From Diadema antillarum (Eukaryota), in the NCBI RefSeq assembly GCF_040938485.1, contig NW_027271528.1:1116001-1180000 (forward strand): a stretch of 64,000 nucleotides of DNA, read 5' to 3'. Both the position numbers and the translations under genes were made by a program. Positions 11,884 through 24,380 of the stretch are shown piece after piece. The stretch's first letter is position 1. Every line of letters starts with the position of its first letter. The notes below the pieces were generated by a model that saw only the letters and a list, made by a program, of their open reading frames with translations, made no database searches and was not told the origin of the DNA.

Positions 11884-14599
11884 TTGTCATGAGTGAATTG
11901 CAAGATATGTTACTGAATCCTTTATTTAGTAATAAAGATCTATTTTTGATGGGTGATTATAATGTAGATTTATTACAATGTGATGTGAATAATCAATGTA
12001 ATGACTTTCTGAACTTGATGGAGGCCTTCTCGCTTATGCCCCTATAATAACTAAACCCAGTAGGATAACTGAAACTTCCTCTACTCTTATTGATAATATT
12101 TTTAGTAACTTACAACCATTCCCTACTGCTTGTATAATTATTTCTGATTTGTCAGACCACTTTCCTGTCTGTACAAAAGTGCCTCTCAAGAAGCATTATT
12201 TTATCAATCCAGAACGTAATAAGCTTATTCGGAAAAGCAGCCTGGATAATATTGCTCAACTTAGAGAAGCCTTAATTGAAACTGATTGGAGTCAAGTCTT
12301 AACTGATGAGAATGTTGAAAGTGCTTTTGATAATTTTTGGGATAAGTTTTTGTTGCTGTACAATAAATGCATACCATTGTGTCAAAGTACTGGTAAAAAC
12401 CGTAAGAAAATTCCTAAAATGCCATGGATCACTAACTCATTATTAAGGTCAATTAATAGAAAAAATAAATTATATTATAAAAATGAAATATCAGGATCAC
12501 AATCTGCGTATAGAAAGTATGCTGATTATAGAAACACTTTGACTTCTACTCTGCGCACAGCAAAGAAGAAGTATTATTCTGATCAGTTTCACTCAACTGT
12601 TAATAATATCAGAGACACATGGAAAGTTATTAGAAATATATTCAAACCCACTCAGAAAAAGTCAGATATACATGACATTAGAATTAATGGTGAACTAATT
12701 GAAAATGAAAATGTCATTGTTGATAAATTCAATGATATTTTTTTTTTGTAGTATTGGTCCCAATCTGTCAAGGGCAGTGCCTCACTGCGAGAAGATGTTT
12801 TCTGATTATTTACGGGAACCAAACCTAAGTAGTTTATTTTTAATCCCAACAAATGAAGAAGAACTTTTTAATGTTGTGAATTCCCTTAAAAAGAAGAAGA
12901 GCCCAGGTTATGACGGTATTTCAAATGATTTGATAAAGAATGTTATATTAGGGGTTGTTCAACCTCTTGTTCATATTTTTAATCTATCAATGAATGATGG
13001 TATTGTCCCTGTGAATATGAAAATAGCGAAGGTGATACCTATTTTTAAGAAAGGTGATCCCCAGTTATTGAGTAATTATCGTCCAATTTCTCTTTTATCC
13101 ACTTTTTCCAAAATCCTTGAAAAACTTATATATGTCAGGACGGTGAAATTTTTTAATGTGAACCAAACCTTCTCCAATTTTCAATTTGGTTTTCGTGAAA
13201 AGCACACAACAAGTCATGCTATTTTACATTTTATTGATAAAATTTCTACGGCATTGGATAATCGCATGCACACAGTGGGTATTTTTCTGGATTACTCCAA
13301 GGCTTTCGACACTGTTGATCATACTATTCTATTACAGAAGTTATCTCATTACGGAGTAAGAGGGAAAGCCTTGGAGTGGTTCACAAGCTACTTATCTAAC
13401 AGGAGGCAGTTTGTCTCACTGAATGATGCAAAATCGGGGTTACAAAATGTCACATGTGGAGTTCCACAAGGATCACTACTTGGACCACTATTATTTCTTA
13501 TATATATTAATGATTTTCAATATTGCTCTGATGTATTCTCATTTATTTTATTTGCAGACGACTCATACATATTTTTATCACACAAGAATCCTCAGGTCCT
13601 TTTACAAACAGTTAATATTGAGCTAAGTAATATTATAACTTGGATTCATGCAAACAAACTGTCATTGAATTTTCAGAAGACCAATTATATGCTTTTTAGT
13701 AATTCTGTTAAGATACTACCAGGAAATGTTTTGTTTGGTGGAGTTGCGTTAGATAGAGTAAACTCAACAAAATTTCTTGGTCTGTATATTGATGACAAAC
13801 TGAATTGGAAAATCCATGTGAATAACATTTGTAAGCTCTTATCACGAAATACTGGTGTTATATGCAAACTAAAAAGAGTTATTCCCAAAGAAATATTGTT
13901 TATCCTATATTCCACTTTAGTTCTTCCATATCTTAATTATGGTATAGTAGCGCGGGGTAATTCTTCAAAATCGCAAAATGAAAAGCTATTTTTGATCCAG
14001 AAGAGAGTTATAAGAATAATTTGTAATGTACATTTTCGTAGTCACACTAATGCTCTCTTTCATCAACATAAAATTCTGAAACTGTGGAAGATATCTATTT
14101 AATGCAGTTAGGGTCTCTAATGTATGATCTTAATGCAGGTGAACTCGCACTGGCACTAGCACAGCGTTTTAAGAAAAATAGTGATGTTCATAGATATAAC
14201 ACAAGGCAGGCTTCAGGTTTGCACTTAACCCGTGCAAGGACACAATTTACTCTTAAAACGCTAGTACATACTGGACCCAAGTTTTGGAATTCGCTTGATG
14301 CGAGCATTAAACATACAGTACTTCAAGTAAATCAGCCTTCAAACGTAGGCTTACGTCTCATTTTTTAAATACTTATTGTGTTGATTCGTGATGTTGTTAA
14401 AACAATGTTAACAATGTTAATGTCAATAACTGAGAGTAAGTCCTGTATGTTACATTACAGATGCATGTACTTTTATGTCAGACTTCCCTTAAAAAAAAAG
14501 AAAGAAAGTATCAATGTATAATATTATTGAAACCCAGTTGTCTTCTTGTCATGTTTTGTTTTGTTTTGTTATGTTTTGTTATGTTTTGTTTGTTTTGTT

Positions 14600-14630
<31 letters not shown>

Positions 14631-15125
14631 GTTTTTGTTAAGTGTGTGTGTTTTTGTATGTATTTTATCGTCTCACATAACCTTTTTTTATCCTTCCTTT
14701 CCACCCCCTCCCTTCATTCCTACCCTTGTTTTATGTAAATAATCTCCCTTCACCCCATTACACATAGCCTCCCTTGTCTATTCCCTGTTTACGTTTGGAA
14801 TTGTGTATTTTTTGTTATTTTTTTCCCACTACGTATACATATATATATATATACACAATGTATTTTTTTCTTTCTTTTATTCCTGAGGGACCTTGTCTCA
14901 CAAGCTATGCTTCACTAAGGTCTCCTCGTTTGCCTCTCTCAAAATATTTGTTACCCTTTCTTTATCATTTCACATGTACATGTAATCATATACTTATGTA
15001 TTTGCAAAAATTTTAGTATTAGTTGTTGTTCCTATATACTCTTGAAAGAAAGTGTCAATGTTATTGTTATTTTATTGTTATATTGCCTATTGTTGGAAGA
15101 AAGACAAATGAATAAATAAACTATA
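11884..15125 (+). mobile_element. 5'-truncated, inactivated non-LTR retrotransposon (L2/CR1 group, Crack/Daphne-like) with APE endonuclease and reverse transcriptase
   Basis: APE motifs LMGDYNVDLL, TLIDNIF and SDHFPV; RT motifs YRPISLL, QFGFR, FLDYSKAFDTVDH, GVPQGSLLGPLLFLIYIND and LFADD. ORF2 is broken by a stop at ~12045 and frameshifts near the poly-T at ~12737 and at ~14090. A long AT-rich 3' region ends in AATAAATAAA at ~15120. Confidence 0.92.
12699..14102 (+). pseudogene. Reverse transcriptase domain of LINE ORF2 (frameshifted fragment)
   Basis: 467-aa ORF containing the non-LTR RT motifs; continues in other frames at 12149-12751 and 14084-14368. Confidence 0.9.
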
Positions 15126-15523
15126 ATAATAAACATAAACTTGTGTGTGCGTGATAACTTCATTGGGCGAAACAACGTAGGATTAAATGCTTAAGGGGTT
15201 TGCAGCATTGTTGGAACCCCCTTATAATAATAGATAACAGTAATAATAATAATAATAATAATAATGAATAACAAAAATAATTTCCCATAGGCCTACTAGG
15301 CTCTTAGCTGGTTTATCATTCCTCTGAACAGACACAATACGCCACTGCACTTGAATCAAACTCAGAATAATGAGAGTGCTCTAATCTTTTTAAAACATAG
15401 TTCAATAAACATTCTTCAAATCTGCAGTTTGGATATGATAATTCGATAAATACAGTTTGCTCTGGCTAGGTTATTATTCAAAACCTCTTCATACGTTTAT
15501 CTCTGACGAAATCGCTCTCATTA

Positions 15524-15645
15524 CTTCTAACATTTTACCTCTGCCATTTTTACCTCTGCCATTTTTACCCCTGCCATTTTTACCTCTGCCATTTTTACCT
15601 CTGCCATTTTTACCTCTGTCATTTTTACCTCTGCCATTTTTACCT
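15524..15645 (-). repeat. Inverted copy of the 15-bp array, ~8 units of CATTTTTACCTCTGC
   Basis: Exact reverse complement of the unit at 9986-10400. Confidence 0.95.
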
Positions 15646-15742
15646 GGCACCAGGGGGGGGGGGGTGGGGGTGGGGGGGGGGGGACTGACCCTTATTTGAA
15701 TTGGGAACTTGTCAGCAGGAAAACGTTCCTTTTCGGAATTCA

Positions 15743-18700
15743 TTAGTACGGACAGGTTTGAATGGGAAATTTGAGGTCAAGGAAAAGACCATTTTCCTTT
15801 TCGGAAGCTGCAGAGAAGATTCTCAGCATGGTGGAAACTGATTGCTCTGTAGTCACATCGGCGTTTGATCCTCCCATATCAGTCTGGACCCATCCTGGGT
15901 GCTGTGCCAAGACCAGGATCCGATCCCCTCTAAGTTCCACACTCAGACCCTTGGTTAACATGTTGACGGCAGCCTTAATTGGACACACAATTAATATCAC
16001 AAACTAATAAGAAACATACACACTAAGAAATACGGGTTCAAGTTTGAACCCCAAAATTGTCGCTATACAACCACCCTATAGGGTGCAACTTTGCACCCAA
16101 TAAGCAATTTGCACCCTTGGAGGTGCAATACGCTGAATTGTGAACCTGCAGGGGTGCGAATTTGCACCCTCATCTTTGTGCTAATCAAGGGTGCAAACAG
16201 GCACCATAAACATTAATACATTGTGAATTGAAAATTTGGACCACGAGCACCAAGGTTTTGCTCGTAAGATCAAATTTACACTCTGATGGATATGTCTGCA
16301 TCTTTGTAGGTACGAATAAAAATATTAAGAGATTTAATCTATAATATTTCTACTTGCATGATAAGAGGAGCAATTGTGCACCCCAGGGTGCTGCTATAGA
16401 GACAAATATATTGTGTTGCAAATTTGAACCTTTCTTTTTTAGTGTGTATAAGAGAAGAATGTGCATAAATTTGGTTTAATCATTGTCATGTGATATCATA
16501 TATCTATAAGGTGAAGCCGTTTTTTTTTAAAGAAAAGATATCTACACGTTTTCCAAGCAAAACAAACAAACCAACCCCAAAACAAAACAAAACAAAACAA
16601 CTTTGTTCGATAGATAATTGCTACTGTTCATTATTGCGAATCTTCGAACGTTCATCAAAGTGATGGATTACTCGCTAGTATTTCACAGAATATAGGCCTC
16701 CTCGACTTTTATACAGTTATAACTCATAATAACTCACAATAATTATAGTAACAGATAATACTTATCTGTAGCTTTACCTCACAACAGCGTAATACAATTT
16801 GTAAATTTAAAAAAAAAATAAATCAAACATTTCGTTTCACGTTTTACTTGCATCACAGACCAGAGGAAGGACACTGCCCTCTCACTAACATCGACGTGGT
16901 TAGAGTTAATGAAGCACATTCCCTGCAAAGAAACGTTGAAAATGCTATTATTCGACTTAATTCTCGAAGTACAGTTCATGCGAAACCCGTGTAAGTCATA
17001 ATGTACAATGTACATAACAGAGCCTACTGTTGTTATACTGTTGAACTATAAATCGAGGATAATAAGTGATGACACACATGAAAGAAATAATAATTTTCTC
17101 TGAAGAAGGTTTCATCGAGTAAGTTCATATTGGTAATCTCTGGACCACCTGCACTTCTCCAATGACAGTTTATTGGTCTTACCATTCATCTTTCAAATTG
17201 TCCGTGTTTCCTTTTCTTCTCAGAGTGTCGTTTATGTCGATGAGCTGTGACGAAGAGGAAATAATATTACTTCATATCTAGGGGTAAATTTTGGCATAGA
17301 GAAAACATGAGGGGGCTAAATTATGAACTTTCAAAATATGCCGACAATGGTGGGAGTATCCCCATAACGAAAATATCATGCATATTTCTCAACACCTTTG
17401 ACCTTCTTCAGTTACTAGTATGCCAAGTTATGACGCCAATTTAATCTGGCTCGTCCACGCGCATCGATTACCTTGCTTTCCCTGTAACCTGCTAAGCCTC
17501 CTGTAGACTTAGATATGGAGCCCAGAATAGAGGAGATATTGATGATGGCTCCTCTCTCGAAACTGTAAGTCTGGATTTTACTACTCCGGGCAGCCTGCCG
17601 CAGCAGAGGAAGAAACACCTGTCAAGAATCGTGGACGGCAAAGAGAAGAAATTGAAGTTAGATACTGCTCCGTGTTTAAGTTTGACTTCAATGAATGTAG
17701 TAATGATAAAAGAAAACAAAAAACCCACTAAAAATGAATATGAAATAAGAATGTAGTCTGAATGATAGTCTGATTTTTTTTGTCAGCTTTATCATCATTT
17801 TAATGTTTTCATTTCTAAATCAATTGGTGAAAATTAGAGTGTGTAATTACTTCAAGATATTTAAAGCACAGTTTTCACAATACACGGACACATCAATACC
17901 ATATGCCAGTTATTCATTAATGCGGTAGTGGTACGAAATTAATCAACATTCAAATCATTCATCCCATTAATCAATCAATTGATTGACCAATTAGTCAATC
18001 AATCAATCAACCAATCAACCTATCAATATACATCAACCGATATATCAGTTAGTCAGTCATTGAGTCGTTAAATCAATCAGTGAATCAATCCAATAATCTA
18101 TCAATCACTTTTCAGTCTTTGAAATAATCAATCGGCTTATTGAACGAATAAACTAACAAATAAATCAGTTTTACAAACATTGATCAGCCTTTAAGCCACG
18201 GGGGGGGGGGGAGGTGATATTCCCTATGTTGATCTGCCACTTTTTATAAAACATGCATACAATTGTGACTGACTGGTTGATTGATTAATTGATTGATTCA
18301 ATGAATGATTGATTGCTTGCTTGCTTGATCGATTGTATTGATTGAATGATCTGAGGATGCATTAATTTTGTACTTTTCTTCTTGACTGAGTGACTGGCAT
18401 GTGGGTTCGATATGTCTGTGCATGATTTTGTGATAACTGTGCTTAAAACTGAGATCGTGATGTCGTTAATCAACCTTCCATAGCACAATGGAATAATGAC
18501 AGAAAATCTCCAGAAAATTCCTAAACTATCATAACATAATCAAAACTGTGAGTAAAAGAGCAATTTGTTTGAATGAGAACACTATTTGGACTGCTGGCTG
18601 AACTTTCCATCTTCTTTCAATTTGGTGCAAGCCATTTTTTACACTCTGGACAAAGAGCGTCAGTGTTCAGCCAAGCGTGAAAAAAATTTGTTTTGTTGAT

Positions 18701-19434
18701 TGCACTTGATACATGAGACTATTGGGTATCCATAAATATGGAAAAATCTTCCAAATATTTCGAAATGTACTTTAGAAGATTTTTTCAAAAGTGTNNNNNN
18801 NNNNNNNNNNNNNNNNNNNNNNNNNNNNNNNNNNNNNNNNNNNNNNNNNNNNNNNNNNNNNNNNNNNNNNNNNNNNNNNNNNNNNNNNNNNNNNNNNNNN
18901 NNNNNNNNNNNNNNNNNNNNNNNNNCTCAACAAAAACTTTTTTTCTCTGGTGGCCCATGGGAAATAGGCCCACCGCTCGACTGTTCAATATTGAGCCCTT
19001 GATATTATTCGTACGGTATCTATACATGTATATACATAAGCGATCGTGTACTGTATGTGGAAACGTGACGTAGGCCTATATGACAAAAGGAAATCTATAG
19101 ATACCTGGGTAACTCTAAGAAGACTAATCACATTGGCGTCCAGTACTTCTTCGAAACTCTCCCTGGACATCTCAGCGTAATCTTCCTGGTTCTTCACGCC
19201 TGCGTTGTTGATCAGGACGTTGAGACCCTTCTCGCCGACGACATTCGAGACCGCCTCCACAGCGAGCTGATAGGCGGACTCATTTCGGACATCTGGGTGT
19301 CACAGTCAATAGTTTTAAAAGGTATGCTCATCTTTATTTAAAAATTCATTAATCATTCATTGTTCTCCTGTTACTTTATGAAAGAAATTATTTTGTCGTA
19401 AAAATTAGTTGTAACATCAGTAAGTTTCATTTCA

Positions 19435-19507
<73 letters not shown>

Positions 19508-22500
19508 TGTTATAAGACTATTGATTTAGATAAGTTATATATAGTAACATCTATTTTAGATGGGTTACCCTATCGATACATGCTAGACTGACGTGCTTTA
19601 CGGGGTTCTTCAAAAACATAGTCATGATAGTGGAGTTGAACACCACGACAGAAACTTCAGACATTTCAACTCAAAATCAATGGATTCAATACAGTATCAA
19701 TGTTAAAACTCATCTTTCGCATTTAAGTTAAAGAAGCACTATAAAGGCGCATCGTGAAACAACATCTCTTTACTCTTTGTGTCATTATTTCTTTTCTTTG
19801 TGAGGGAGAGGTCCCTAGCAAACAATCACAACCATAAGAACAGAATTGAACTAATATTCTATGGGCCTGCAAAATATTCGGCATTTGAGTTTTGATATAG
19901 AGGGCCAATCAACGGGAACGCCACGAACATACTTAATTCAATAACGCGAATGTTGTCATTAGCAGCGGCCAAGGTTAGCAGATCCTGAGAAATTATAAGA
20001 AACAGACAATGAAAGATTCATTAATGAGATTGGCAATTGGCTTGTAAGGTATTATTTTCACTGAATTACAGAAGATGAGCAAAGACTGTGCATGGTCGAG
20101 TCATGCATTGAACTTCCTGGGTTACATATTCCGCACTTGTTTCTTCCAATGATGACAGAAAACAAACCAACATTAATGCATACTTTACATAAAGACATGG
20201 CTACTACGATTCCACTGCTACTGCATCTCAACTATATCACCATTTCATCTTTTCAATTATCTTGATAGATTACTCTTTATGTTCATATATTGCGAAACGT
20301 TTCCCACAAAGGTCAATGGTTGTAATCTTTAGAAATGAAAAACACGAACTGACTAATAGTTGTATGAAATAAAGGACGTTGAAACGAGATATGTTCCCTT
20401 TGACATTGAATTGCAATTTGATGTAGACCTACTTTGTTTCAATGAACTTTACGGTGTTCAAGTGTTCTGAGCTGGTTATGAGGCATCACGCTATATATAC
20501 ACACTTTTCACCTGCACAATCCAAGCAAAGAAACTGACTACAACCCCTGGGAGCAACTTTTTTCACAGGGGTGCTGAACCCCTGACCCACCCGTTCGGTT
20601 GCCGGATCATACTAACAGCGTTTCAGTAAATGGGGGGGGGGGGGGGGGGGTGAAGAGAGGGGATGGGGACATCGAAACGAGGTGGGAAAGCCCTCCATCA
20701 CACAAGGAAACTTTTCCACTCTTAGTGAAATTCAACACACTTTATGTGGTAAATTTTGAAATTCTTCAATCAAAAAAAAAAGTGAATACTCGTGGACTAT
20801 GTTCATGGATGAATTGTTGAATGAGGTATCTGTTATCTCTTGATTCGTGTGTGTGTGTGTGTGTCTTCACTTTGTATAAGTGCATGGAAGGGGACCTACG
20901 GAGGAGGGTGTGGGAGGGGGTATCCCCCTCCCACACTGGAGAGATTTTGAATTTTCACACCTGAAATTCAGCGATCTGGTGCACACTTTTGGTGAAATTT
21001 CTGAAAAAGTGAAAAATAAATATTCACAGAAATGTGAATGACCATTAAATCCGGTTACAATCAACTCTTGTTCCGTGTGTGCGTCAACACTGCGAGGAGG
21101 TATCCCCTCCCACCCTGGAGAAATTTTGAATTTTCATTTCTGAAATTCAGCGATCTGGCACACATTTTTGGTGAGTTTTTTTCAAAAAGTATGAAAAATG
21201 AAATATTCACAGAAATGTGAATGACCAATAAATTGGGTTACAATCAACTCTTGTTCCGTGTGTGAGTCATCACTGTGAAATAACTGTTTGGAAGTTGATG
21301 AGGCGGGGATGGGAGGTGGCTCCATGCGACTGAGCTTTTGCATTTGTAGAATTTAATTACAACGATATGATGCACAGTCTTAGTGGACTATCCCCATATT
21401 TGTATCAGAGAATCGTTTGTTGGTCTTTACTTTGTATAAGTCCATGGAAGGGGACCTAAGGGAGGAAGGTTTTGGGAGGGCATACCCATCCCCTCCCACA
21501 TAAGGGAGATTTTGGATTTTCAGACCTGAAATTCCGCGATCTGGTGCACACTTTTGGTGAAATAAAAAAAAAGTATGAAAGATAAATATTCACAGAAATG
21601 TAAATGTCCATCAAATCAGGGTATGATCAGCTCTTGTTCTGCGTGTGCGTCATCACTGTGTAATAACTGTATGGAAGTTGATGCGGCGAGGATGGGAGGG
21701 GTAGCCAGGCCCCTTCCACACGATTGAACTTTTACATTTTTAGAATTGAAATACAATGATCTGATGCACACTAATTGGTGGAATATTTCGAAACTTACTA
21801 TCAGCGTTCGTGTGTGTGTGGATCTTCATTTTGTATAAGTTCATGGAAGGGGACATAAAGGGGGAGGGTGTGGGAGGGGGTATACCCCTCCCACACGAAG
21901 GAGATCGGTTGTTGGTCTTTACTTTGTATAAGTCCATGGAAGGGGACCTAAGGGGGGAAGGTTGTGGGAGGGAATATATCCCCTCCCACATAAGGGAGAT
22001 TTTTGATTTCAGACCTGAAAATGAGTGGTCTGGTGCACACTTTTGGTGAAATTTTTAAAAAAGTATGAAAAATGAATATTCACAGAAATGTGAATGACCA
22101 TTAAATCGGGGGTATAATCAGCTCTTGTTCTGCGTGTGCATCATCACTGAGTAATAAATGTATGGAAGTTGAGGAGGCGGGGTTGGGAGGGGTAGCCCCC
22201 TCTCACACGACGGAGCTTTTGCATTTTTAGAATTGAATACAATGTACAATAATCTGACGCAAAATCTAGGTGGAATATCTTGGAATTTGTATCGGACAAG
22301 TGTAGTGAGTCATCTATGGAGGGAGACCAAGTGGGGGAAGGATGTGGGAGGATGTATCCCCTTCCTACATGAGAGAGCTTTTGCATCTTTATGATTGTGA
22401 TTCAAAGATGTGGAATTTCTGGCACACATTTTTGATTTAATATGTTATAATGTAGCCATATCATAATCAATGCAAGGGGTGCAGGCTAATACAGCAAGGG

Positions 22501-24380
22501 GGAGAGTTTTAGAAGGGGGTGTCCTCTAACCCCTCCCAATCGAGAGAGCCTTTGTATTTTAAGGATTGAAATGAAAATATATTGGTTCTACACAATTACA
22601 GTCATTTATGATGGAGCATTTGAAAAACTGTCAGACAAAGAAGCATAAGCATACTAAATGTAGTGGGGGGAATAGAGGTAAACTGAAAGAGAATATCCCC
22701 TTCCCACATTTTGGCACTTTTGGATGTGTTTAAATCAAAGTGACATATTTGGTGCGCACTTTTTGATGAAATATTCAGAAAGTGTCGATCTCAAAAGTCT
22801 ACTAAGTGGATAGAAGTTGGCCTAACGGGGGAGGGGCATTTTACATTTTCAGAATTGAAATTAAATGATCTTGTGCACTTTTGGTGAAATATCTGGACAG
22901 TTTCTATGAAAAAAAAAGCAAGAAATGTTTCCGCATCGTGGGGATTTTTTTTTTTGGGGGGGGGGGGGATGGGGAGGGTGGGGGCAAAGTGATGTGTTTG
23001 CATAGCTCCCACCCAATATTTTTATTCCAGGATTGAGGCTATTTAATACGAGGAAACTGTGGCACTTTTAGAATCCAATTGACATTATTTCGCAAAAAAA
23101 TTTTGGTGGAATTAGGGAAATTATCAATCCACAAAGTGTACTACTACTGCGTCTATGGAACGTATGGAGGGGATCTAAGCGGGAAAATGGTTAGGGCCTA
23201 AATGAAATGAGGATATTATATTCCCACACGAGGAAACTTTCACATTTTTTAAACTGAAATGGCAGATCTATTGATGAAAGAATCATTCAGAGATATGTCA
23301 ATCTTATGGGAAAGGACCAAAGGGGGAGGATGTGGAAGAGGGTATAAACCCATTATATTTTCAGAATTGAACTGCAACAATGCTTTGCACAGTTTCGGTA
23401 AAATATTTGGACAGTTTTCCATCACAAAAAGCAAGAAAATCTCCGACATCCCGAAAATATTTGGGAGGGGCGTAATATCATGGCAACTGCCCCGCACCCC
23501 TACATACGAGGAAGCTTTTTCATTACTCTAGAATAGAAAGGGAAATATCGTGAGGGGGAATTTCCCTTCAATACGAGGGAGATTTCGCATTTCAGAATTG
23601 ACTGGTGCACACTTTGTGTGAAGATTGGGACAGTGTCGAATAAAAAAAAAATCCACATCTTGGAAATTACTGGGGGGGGGGGGGGGCAAAATGATATGCT
23701 GCCCCCTCCATCGACGCTCTCCTGAAGTGGGTACCCTCCCCCTAAATGAGGGAACTTCTGCATTTTTAGATTTGAAATTCAGCAATCAAGTGAGCCCTTC
23801 AGGTAGCATATTAAAAAAAAATCAATAGAAAAGTAGGAAAAGCAAAATATCCAGGGACAATGAAAATGCTTTAATAGTGCTGTCTGCACTTATAAGCTTG
23901 TTCTGCGTGGGAGGGGGATACCCCTCCCACGCTATGGATATTTCACATTTTCAGAAGTGAAATTCAGCAATCTGATGCACACTTTAGGTGGGATATTTGG
24001 ACAATTTTCTATAGAAAAAAAACAAGCAATTTTCCCTGTAAAAAGATATAAGTTGGGGGTGCAGAAGCACCCCCAACTTTTATTTTTCACAGGGGTGCTA
24101 TGCCCCCCTGCTCAAAAAGTCAGGGGTGCTGCAGCACCCCCAGCACCCCCGGCTCCCAGGGGCTTGCAAAATGGCGGCGAAGAAATATTATGACTCGTGT
24201 AAATCATTTACAGTGTACATTCAAACGGCCATCGAAATTGTCGTTTAAAGTTACCCGTACTTCGTCTGGACGCCTGCAAGCAGCGAAGATGTGGGCTGGT
24301 CTTGGGTCACGTCCAGCAAGCTGGCGTACGAACTCCAGGCCAATACCCCTGTTAGCACTTGTAATAAGGATAGATACCAT
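15743..24380 (-). CDS. Short-chain dehydrogenase/reductase, C-factor/CsgA/sniffer-like, paralog A (247 aa)
   Basis: Exons 24255-24380, 19933-19984, 19105-19292, 17472-17618, 15743-15973, all GT-AG and in phase. Motifs TSANRGIG (Rossmann, altered), NNAG, ISS, YRESK and HPGWVQTDMGG. Confidence 0.92.
16019..16446. mobile_element. Non-autonomous DNA transposon in SDR-A intron 4
   Basis: TA|CACACTAA...TTAGTGTG|TA ends; internal TTGCACCC/GGGTGCAA repeats. The paralogous intron of SDR-B (~28640-28665) resembles an empty site. Confidence 0.6.
17960..18360. repeat. Degenerate (AATC)n/(GATT)n low-complexity tracts
   Basis: AATC-rich block at ~17960-18110 and an inverted GATT-rich block at ~18275-18350. 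Confidence 0.7.
19441..19510. repeat. Compound (TA)n(GT)n microsatellite
   Basis: Directly visible. Confidence 0.95.
20860..23990. repeat. Complex degenerate tandem repeat block in SDR-A intron 1
   Basis: About ten or more recurring units sharing GGGAGGGGTATCCCCTCCCAC...TTTTCAGA..TGAAATTCAGCGATCTGGTGCACACTTTTGGTG; sub-block duplications such as CACAGAAATGTGAATGACCA at ~21025, 21206, 21590, 22080. Confidence 0.85.
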
